From contig JAFTQV010000061.1 of the NCBI GenBank assembly GCA_017462605.1, positions 24,262 to 88,261 of the forward strand: a DNA stretch of 64,000 nt. The letters run 5' to 3'. Below the pieces are notes generated by a model. That model was not told the DNA's origin. It worked only from the letters and a program-made list of their open reading frames with translations, and ran no database searches. The translations under genes and the position numbers were made by a program. Shown one piece after another: positions 1 to 7,397 of the stretch. The DNA comes from Clostridia bacterium. Its GTDB lineage: Bacteria > Bacillota > Clostridia > Oscillospirales > CAG-272. Positions within the stretch are counted from its first letter, which is position 1. Every line of letters begins with the position of its first letter.

Positions 1-2216
1 GTACCCGTGGTCTTTTCGCAGTTGATATTAGCGGGAGTAACGAAGGTGAAAAGATTATTTCCGTCCTTTCTGCCGTCGTTCTTGGTGTACCAGGTAGCAT
101 CGATTTCCTCGCTCTGTACCCAGCCGAGCGTATTATGCTCGCCTTTATCCTTTATGCTCATGGTCCAGCCGTTGCTGCCTGCTTCAAAGCTTCCGTTAGC
201 GATGCTGTATCTTTCTTCCTTAACGTCTGCCGCATCTATTCCCTCGGGCTTGCTTGCATAATAGGTTTTAACGTTATCGAAGGATACGCAGCCCCAATCG
301 TAGGTCGCGTTATCCACGAGTCTTATTCTGACGCTTCTGCCGATATAAGCCGTAAGGTCTGCAACGTAGGTCTTAAGGACGGCATCCTCTCTTGCCTGCT
401 GGCGGTATCTTGCGAGGATCTCTCCCGTGGTGGAATCGATGACCTCAACGTAGCAATAATCGTTGCCGCCGCCGAGCATATAGGTGATATATCCCGAGCC
501 GCCAAGCTCAAATACCGAGCTTGTCAGAGAGCCTGTGTTGCCCTCTCTCATTACGCCAAGCTCGTCAAAGTTTTCAACGCCGCTATACAGGTAATTTCCG
601 TCCTTGCCATAAGGAACGTTTTCTTTAAAAAATCCGTCCGAACCCGTTACCGCACCCGGCTCGCCTATATTCCACCAACCCTGAACGTCTCCAAGCTCGA
701 AGCCGCCGTTGAAGAGGTCGTATATAGTTCCGGAAACGGTGTAATTAACGGGAGTCGCCGCATTGAAGCCCTCGGGCTCGCTTGCATAATAAGTGGTAAA
801 GCTATCCGCGAAGAATAAGCCGTAGCCGCTGTCTGCATTATCGCTGATGCGGAAGAATACCTCTTTGCCCATGAATTCGGAAAGATCTGCCTTGTAAGCG
901 ATGAGAGTGCATCCGCTCTTCACGTCATTCGTTCTTTCCTGCCAGAGTCCGTTATAATAGCGGGCGAGGATCTCTTTTGTCTCTGCGTCAACAACGTCAA
1001 CGTAAACGTAGTTGCCGTCCTTCATTGCGCCGAGCTTGAAGGTAACGAAGCCCGAGCCGCCTACCTTGAAGGCAGAGCTTGTAAGAGTACCGACAGCTCT
1101 CTCATATGCGCCCACAGCGTATGCGGAGAACATCTTCTCGCCGTCCATACCGAAGGCATAGCCTTCCGCGTTTTCGGGATCGTCTAACCAGTAGTTCTTA
1201 TCCGAAGTGACGTTGCCGATATTGCCAACGACAGTCCAGCCAAGGAGTCCCTCTTCGAAGTCGCCGTTTGGAAGTCTCGAGTCGGTAGAGTCCGAAAGGC
1301 CGAGCTTATAAGTATAAGAGATAGACTTTTCCTCGCCGTCCACAGTGTATGAAACGGTAACCGTAAACTCCTCATTCTTTACCTTATCGTCATATTCACC
1401 GAAGGTAAATGTATAGGAAGTACCGTCAAGAGTAAGTGTCTCATTGCCGTACTTAACCGAATAAGTGAGAATCAGATCATCCTCATTATTTACGTTTTCA
1501 GAGAAGTCGATTACAATATTCGTCTTGTTTTCAAGCAGATAGATATCATAGCTCTTAACGACGTCTTTGACAATTAAAGTAGGCTTAGGGCTCTCTTTTT
1601 CGATAAGCTTGACAGATAATTCAACCGCGAGCTTCTCTTCTCCGTCATAGTAAACGGTGATACGAACCGTTGCGGTCTCCGCCTTCTTTACGTTGCCTGC
1701 CGTGAGGGTGAATTTACCGTCTTTGATATCGCCTGCGGTAAGAGATTCGCTATTTGATTTAACGCCGTAGGTGATCTTGCTTAAGGCGTTCACGTTAACG
1801 TAATCGGCTATGGCTATCTCAAGGCTTTCGCCCGAGCTTAATTCAATATTTTTCTCTGCGCCCGATACAGCCTCTACGTTTTTTATCTTAAGAGCCAGAC
1901 GAGCTTCGGTGAGCGCCGCTGTTATACCGTCGACCTCTTGTTGCGTAGCGTCTGCCTTTTTCACGATCGCCTTTGCCTCGGCGAGCTTTACAACGTAAGC
2001 ATTAAAGGAATCCGCGGTATAATCGCCCTCTTTAGTCACCGCATTTGCTATCTCCGCTTTGAGCGCGGTTTTATCGACCGTTACCGTTTGCTCGCTGTCA
2101 TTGCTGCCGTCATCGGGCTCTTCGGTATCGGTCTTATTGCAAGCGGCAAAGCTGAGCGCGATAACTAAGACCATAAGAAGCGCTATAAGTCTTTTTGCTG
2201 CTAATAATTTCTTCAT
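1..2216 (-). CDS. Secreted lipoprotein with three NGxFE..GW beta-sandwich (CBM/LamG-like) repeats; 3' end runs off the window
   Basis: Minus-strand ATG at 2214-2216 with a GGGGA RBS upstream. My hand translation (MKKLLAAKRLIALLMVLVIALSFAACNKTD...) stays open to base 1, so it has no in-window stop, which would explain why it is not in the ORF track. Lipobox LSFAAC. Repeats open with PNGDFEEGLLGW, FNGGFELGDVQGW and IANGSFEAGSNGW. Bases 1..1190 are a close paralogue of 2629..3810. Confidence 0.75.
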   Translation of the reverse strand, partial: MKKLLAAKRLIALLMVLVIALSFAACNKTDTEEPDDGSNDSEQTVTVDKTALKAEIANAVTKEGDYTADSFNAYVVKLAEAKAIVKKADATQQEVDGITAALTEARLALKIKNVEAVSGAEKNIELSSGESLEIAIADYVNVNALSKITYGVKSNSESLTAGDIKDGKFTLTAGNVKKAETATVRITVYYDGEEKLAVELSVKLIEKESPKPTLIVKDVVKSYDIYLLENKTNIVIDFSENVNNEDDLILTYSVKYGNETLTLDGTSYTFTFGEYDDKVKNEEFTVTVSYTVDGEEKSISYTYKLGLSDSTDSRLPNGDFEEGLLGWTVVGNIGNVTSDKNYWLDDPENAEGYAFGMDGEKMFSAYAVGAYERAVGTLTSSAFKVGGSGFVTFKLGAMKDGNYVYVDVVDAETKEILARYYNGLWQERTNDVKSGCTLIAYKADLSEFMGKEVFFRISDNADSGYGLFFADSFTTYYASEPEGFNAATPVNYTVSGTIYDLFNGGFELGDVQGWWNIGEPGAVTGSDGFFKENVPYGKDGNYLYSGVENFDELGVMREGNTGSLTSSVFELGGSGYITYMLGGGNDYCYVEVIDSTTGEILARYRQQAREDAVLKTYVADLTAYIGRSVRIRLVDNATYDWGCVSFDNVKTYYASKPEGIDAADVKEERYSIANGSFEAGSNGWTMSIKDKGEHNTLGWVQSEEIDATWYTKNDGRKDGNNLFTFVTPANINCEKTTG

Positions 2217-2262
2217 TTTGTTCCCCATAATTTTTATCAGAGTCACTAATGGTTTTCTTTTT

Positions 2263-2289
2263 ATCTCCCCCACGGAAGGCGGGGGAGAT
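2263..2289 (-). terminator. GC-rich hairpin between the two paralogous genes (atypical terminator or mRNA-stabilising stem)
   Basis: ATCTCCCCC (2263-2271) pairs with GGGGGAGAT (2281-2289), a 9-bp stem with a 9-nt loop. On the minus strand it is followed by an A-rich run rather than a U-rich run, so it is not a canonical intrinsic terminator. Confidence 0.3.
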
Positions 2290-2315
2290 GCTTTTAAATG
2301 CGTGATTTTTATTAA

Positions 2316-4652
2316 TTACTGAATTGCCTCGATAAATCCTTCGGGTGCGCTTTCAAGATTTACTCTGAAATCGTCTACTACGAAGCAGCCGTAGTTGCTC
2401 GTGGAATTATCCACAACTCTGAAGAAGCATTCGGTCTCCTCTCCCGTGTACTGATAGAAGTAAGCGTACATCTCGGTGTTGACCTTGCCCTCTGCCTCGT
2501 TATAGAAGGTTGCGATAACTGTACCGTCTGCCTTGCAAAGCTGAACGCATACGTCACGCGTGCCCGCGCCGCCGAAGCGGAAGGATACGTAAGAGTTCTG
2601 CTTCAATACGAAGGTAGAGCTATTCAGAGTACCCTTACTGTTTTCACAGTTAGTTCCGTCGGGCTTTACAAACGTGAAGAGGTTATTGCCGTCTTTTCTA
2701 TCGTCGTTCTTAGTGTACCAACCTGCATCGTGCTCCGAGCTCTCTACCCAACCAAGGGTGTTCTGAGCGCCTGCCTCGGTGATATTCATCGTCCAGCCGT
2801 CCATACCGTTCTCAAAGCTGCCGTTAACGATTGCATACTTAACGTCGATAGCATCGATTCCCTCGGGCTTGCTTGCGTAGTAGGTTTTAACGTTATCAAA
2901 GGATACGCAGCCCCAGTCGCTCGTTGCCTTATCTACAACCTGGACTCTTACAGTTCTGCCAACGTAAGCCGAAAGGTCTGCAACGTAGGTCTTAAGGACG
3001 GCATCCTCTCTTGCCTGCTGAGTGTATCTTGCGAGGATCTCGCCCGTGGTGGAATCAATTACCTGAACGTAGCAAAGCGAGTTACCGCCGCCGAGCATAT
3101 AGGTGATGTAGCCGGAGCCGCCAAGCTCGAATACGGAGCTGGTAAGCACACCTGTATTAGCTTCATAGTTGAAATTCTCACCGTAGTTTTGTACGCCGCT
3201 ATACAAATAATTACCGTCTTTACCGTAAGATACGTTCGCGTCAAAGAATCCGTCCGCGCCGGTTACCGCACCGGGTGTTCCAACGTTCCACCAGCCCTGA
3301 ACTCCGCCAAGCTCGAAGCCGCCGTTGAAGAGGTCGTAGATAGTTCCCGAAACCGCGTAATCAACGGGAGTTGCCGCATTGAAGCCCTGAGGCTCGCTTG
3401 CATAGTAAGTAGTAAAGCTATCCGCGAAGAATAAGCCGTAGCCGCTGTCTGCATTATCGCTGATGCGGAAGAATACCTCTTTGCCCATAAACGCGGAAAG
3501 GTTTGCCTTGTAAGCGATGAGAGTGCATCCGCTCTTCACGTCATTCGTTCTTTCCTGCCAGAGTCCGTTATAATAGCGGGCGAGAATCTCTTTTGTCTCT
3601 GCGTCAACAACGTCAACGTAAACGTAGTTGCCGTCCTTCATTGCGCCGAGCTTGAAGGTAACGAAGCCCGAGCCGCCTACCTTGAAGGCAGAGCTTGTAA
3701 GAGTACCGACAGCGCCCTCATATGCGCCCACAGCGTATGCGGAGAACATCTTCTCGCCGTCCATACCAAATGCGAAGCCTTCCGCATTTTAGGGGTCACC
3801 TACCCAGTAGTTCTTATCGGAGCTAACGTTACCGATATTTCCAACGACAGTCCAGCCTTCAAGTCCATTTTCGAAATCACCGTTTACAAGCTTGTATTCG
3901 GTGGTATCCTTAACGCCGATAATGGGCTCAACGATCTCAACAACACCCGAGCAGGTGAAGGTAAGACCCTCATCCTTGCTTTCGCCGTCGTCAATGACCT
4001 TCCAACCGAGAAGAACCTCTTCTGCGGTAAGCTGAACTCCCCAAACGGGGGTGATCTCAACGTCAGCCGCGGGAGCGAATGCAAACTTCGCGCCGTTTAT
4101 AGTAACGTTTGAATTGCTTGTGTAAGCAAGGGTGGAGCTTGTAACGAGATTATCCTTGTCCTGATCGAGAGCGATCTGAGCCGCCTCGCCGTATGCGAGC
4201 AAGGATCTGTAAAGATTTTTGTACTCAGCGCTTACCGTATTATCGGTATAGAGCTTTTTGTAGAGGAACTGCGCAACGCTGTATTTACGTCCCTCTTCGA
4301 CCTGCTCGCTGCCGACGGTGGAGCTGAATACGACCTCCTTAGCAAGATCGTAAGCCGCAATGCCCTCGGTGATAACGTAAACGCCGTTAGCGCTTGCAGA
4401 GTGATAGGTTGCCGTCTTTTGATTGCCGTTAAGAGTATAGGAAACGACAACGTCGCCGTTTTTGATCTCTTCTTCGGTCGCGTTTACGTTGACGCGGATA
4501 TACACCTTATCGCCGTAGGAGACCGAGACTTCTCTGAAGCCGCCCTTAACGTCACTCTCCTGTGCCATAGCGGTAATACAGGTTACCGAGCCGATAAGGA
4601 GCGCGATGGAAAGTACAAGAATCAATATTCTTGAAAAATTCAACTTTTTCAT
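2316..4652 (-). pseudogene. Paralogue of the 1..2216 repeat protein, interrupted by one in-frame TAA (3789-3791)
   Basis: ORF 3789..4700 and ORF 2316..3764 are one reading frame split by a single stop: ...DKNYWVGDP*NAEGFAFGMDGEKMF. The likely start of the first ORF is ATG 4650-4652 (MKKLNFSRILILVLSIALLIGS..., RBS GAAAGGA). The paralogue reads ...DKNYWLDDPENAEGYAFGMDGEKMF, with GAA (1173-1175) at the equivalent codon. The downstream 482-aa piece has no signal peptide of its own. Confidence 0.6.
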
Positions 4653-4693
4653 TTCTTTTATTCCTTTCAAATTGAGTTTTTGATATAGGATAA

Positions 4694-4858
4694 TTACCAA
4701 TCAAAGTCTACGTTGGGATCGTCTATCGGTCCCTCTCCGACCTCAGGGTCAGGGACGGGAGACGGATTACTTCCTGACGTAGTCAATATATCGGTAAGGT
4801 CTAACATGATGATCTCCAGCTCTGCCGGTGTATAAGCAGTTTTCTTTAAGTTTTGCAT
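4694..4858 (-). CDS. Small acidic hypothetical protein (54 aa), below the ORF-track size cut-off
   Basis: Hand translation gives MQNLKKTAYTPAELEIIMLDLTDILTTSGSNPSPVPDPEVGEGPIDDPNVDFDW*. AAAGGA lies 6 nt upstream of the ATG. It fills the otherwise empty gap between two operon genes. I recognise no family. Confidence 0.25.
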   Translation of the reverse strand: MQNLKKTAYTPAELEIIMLDLTDILTTSGSNPSPVPDPEVGEGPIDDPNVDFDW

Positions 4859-4912
4859 GCTCAATCCTTTCTTCGGATATTCTCCGAATTTAATATATTT
4901 GTTTACGTTTAA

Positions 4913-7387
4913 TTATATTTTGCTCTCGATAAGAGTAGCCTCGGGAATGTCTTCTTCCGATTCATAATAGGTAATAAAGCTATCCACCGCAAGGCAGCCC
5001 CATGCGGACTCGGCATTATCAACTACTCTGATGTAGACCTCTCTTCCGATAAACTCGGAAAGATCAGCCTTGAAGCAGAACATCTTACCCTCGTTGCTAT
5101 CGGGATTATCGTTGTGATATTTCGCTATCGCCTGATTAGTATCGGCATCGACTATCTCAACGTAGCACTCCTCATTGTAGCCGCCGCCGAGCTTGAAGGT
5201 TATAAAGCCTGTGCCGCCAATGGTGAATGCGCGGCTCGTGAGAGTTCCCTTTGCCGCTTCCATGCTGCCCATAACATCCTCAATGCCCGTAAAGAGGAAG
5301 CTGCCGTCCTTATTATAAGGCTTATCGGCGTTCTTCCAGAAAACGTTCTGACCCGAAACGTATCCTATCGCGCCCTCGAGAGTCCAGCCCGTAAGGTCGC
5401 CCGTCTCAAAGTCTCCGTTATAAACCTGGTTTGCGCTTCCCTCACCGAGAACGGTATCGGGAAGAGGCTCGGGCTTGATATCCTCGGCAAGGTTTGCCTT
5501 CTCGGGAACTGCCGCCGCCTCTTTATAGTAGGTGACGAAGCTATCCGCAGTGATAAGACCCCAGTTATTAACGGAATTATCAACTATCTTGATCTTAAGG
5601 CTTCTGCCCATGTATTCGGAGAGGTCTGCCTTATACCAAACCATGTTTGCAAGGTTGCTTCCGTTGTTGATTATTCCTATGCCCTTGTCGCTGAAGAGCT
5701 TATTTGCATAGCGGACAAGCTCTTCGCCTGTTTCCGCATCTACGATAGATACGTAGCACTCGAGGGGATTTCCTCCGCCGCCGAGCATAAACGTGATAAA
5801 TCCGCTTCCGCCGACCTTGAATGCCGAGCTTGTCAGAGTTCCCTTATTGGACTCAAGCACGCCCTCGCCCTCGTTTACAATACCCGAGAAGAGGTATGCG
5901 CCCTTCTTGTTGTAGGGGAGATTTTCCGCCCACCAGCCGGAAGCGTTCGTTACAAGACCGATCTTATCGCCCTCGAGCGTCCAGCCTGTAAGGTCACCCG
6001 TTTCAAAGCCGCCGTTTACTATCTGATATTCGCTATCGGGCATAATATCCGAATCGTATGCGGCAAGGAAGGACTCGCTGTCATACCATATCGGCTTTTC
6101 CTTCCAATATGTCTTAACGCTGTCAAGAGTGATACAGCCAAGCTCATCTGCCGAGGTGTTGTTGTCAACTACCTCTATATACATTGTTTCTCCTATGTAC
6201 TTGGAAAGGTCTGCGTAATACTGAACCATATTCAGAAGGCGCATACCGTTCTGCACGTAGGGGAACTGGAAGTTCCAGTACTTGAAGTTGGAATATCTTG
6301 CGACCTCGGTCACCTCGTCGCCGCGCTTGACCATAAATCTTATGTAGGTCTTGCCGTTGTCCGCGCATCCGCCAAGCTTGTAGGAAACGTAGCCCGATCC
6401 GCCAAGGACGAATTCCGAGGAGCGCATAACGCCCGTTGCCTCGGGCTTATACTTTCCGTAGTGATAATCGCCGTCTCTGGAATAGGTCATATTCTCATTC
6501 CACCAGACGCTCTCGGTGTTAACACCGTCATTCGAGAACGCATCGCCCTCAACGACAGTCCAGCCCGCAAGCGAGCCAAGCTCGAAGCCGCCGTTTTTGA
6601 TCTCGTTTTCCGAAGAAGCGGTCGCTTCATCCTCGTAGTCAACTACCTTGGTGAAGAACGCGCCCTCGGTCTCGGGATCTGCATATTCGCCGACTCTTAT
6701 ATCGTCTACCGCGATATAACCGTAATAATGGCTCTCGTCATTATCCACTATTCTGATATAGACGTCCTGATTTTTGTACTCCGAAAGATCTAAGTAATAT
6801 TCATAGAAGTTATCGGTATTGTATACGCCTGCCGCGTATCTTTCGGGGATTATGTATTCCTCTGTATGCTCGTGGAAATACTCGTTGGTCTGCATTGCGA
6901 TAAGCTTATCATTCTCTGCAAGATATACGCCAACGAAGCAAAGTCTTTCCTGCGCCTTCTTTGGAGCATCTGTGCCCTTGCCGACGGTAAGCGAGCCGCC
7001 CGCTATTTTAAGAGATACTGCGCCGTCCTCGGTGAGAGTGAAGACAGAGGAGCGGATAGCTCCCGTTCTCGCGCTCGAATATTTACCGTGGAAGCCCTTG
7101 CCCGTCAGATACCAGTTACCCGTATGATTGATAGATAAAACGTTATTGTTTGCATCATTATCAAACATAAAGGTCTTGCGGGAAGAGACGCAATCATTGT
7201 CAAACGCGTCTCCGTATTCAACCGTCCAGCCCGAAAGATCGGCAGATTCAAAGCCGCCGTTTACGAGCGTCTTAGGCTCTTCGGGCTCGGGCGCGGGCTC
7301 GGTATTGTCCTTACACGCAGCCAAGCCTACGCACGAATAAAAGAGTACACATAAAAAACTTAAAAGTGCAATTAATTTTTTACGCAT
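4913..7387 (-). CDS. Lipoprotein with four tandem NGGFE..GW beta-sandwich repeats (putative surface glycan-binding protein of the fructan locus)
   Basis: Signal and lipobox MRKKLIALLSFLCVLFYSCVGLAAC. Four repeats of about 190 aa open with LVNGGFESADLSGW, IKNGGFELGSLAGW, IVNGGFETGDLTGW and VYNGDFETGDLTGW. Each has a G-TLTS--F-(V/I)GG(S/T)GFITF-LGGG core. The gene starts 10 nt after the GH32 gene. Confidence 0.8.
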   Translation of the reverse strand: MRKKLIALLSFLCVLFYSCVGLAACKDNTEPAPEPEEPKTLVNGGFESADLSGWTVEYGDAFDNDCVSSRKTFMFDNDANNNVLSINHTGNWYLTGKGFHGKYSSARTGAIRSSVFTLTEDGAVSLKIAGGSLTVGKGTDAPKKAQERLCFVGVYLAENDKLIAMQTNEYFHEHTEEYIIPERYAAGVYNTDNFYEYYLDLSEYKNQDVYIRIVDNDESHYYGYIAVDDIRVGEYADPETEGAFFTKVVDYEDEATASSENEIKNGGFELGSLAGWTVVEGDAFSNDGVNTESVWWNENMTYSRDGDYHYGKYKPEATGVMRSSEFVLGGSGYVSYKLGGCADNGKTYIRFMVKRGDEVTEVARYSNFKYWNFQFPYVQNGMRLLNMVQYYADLSKYIGETMYIEVVDNNTSADELGCITLDSVKTYWKEKPIWYDSESFLAAYDSDIMPDSEYQIVNGGFETGDLTGWTLEGDKIGLVTNASGWWAENLPYNKKGAYLFSGIVNEGEGVLESNKGTLTSSAFKVGGSGFITFMLGGGGNPLECYVSIVDAETGEELVRYANKLFSDKGIGIINNGSNLANMVWYKADLSEYMGRSLKIKIVDNSVNNWGLITADSFVTYYKEAAAVPEKANLAEDIKPEPLPDTVLGEGSANQVYNGDFETGDLTGWTLEGAIGYVSGQNVFWKNADKPYNKDGSFLFTGIEDVMGSMEAAKGTLTSRAFTIGGTGFITFKLGGGYNEECYVEIVDADTNQAIAKYHNDNPDSNEGKMFCFKADLSEFIGREVYIRVVDNAESAWGCLAVDSFITYYESEEDIPEATLIESKI

Positions 7388-7397
7388 ATGACCTCCC

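Noticed and set aside
135-3434. Two similar plus-strand ORFs (135..818 and 2730..3434) that look like a conserved pair
   Set aside because: They resemble each other only because they are antisense to the two duplicated minus-strand paralogues. They have no RBS and no motifs, and the minus-strand frames carry clear signal peptides and repeats.
5114-6793. 559-aa plus-strand ORF, the longest unexplained ORF in the track
   Set aside because: It lies entirely antisense to the well-supported 824-aa repeat lipoprotein gene. Its translation is low-complexity (rich in R, A, I, V, L) with no start context or recognisable motif. It is a typical shadow ORF of a codon-biased gene.
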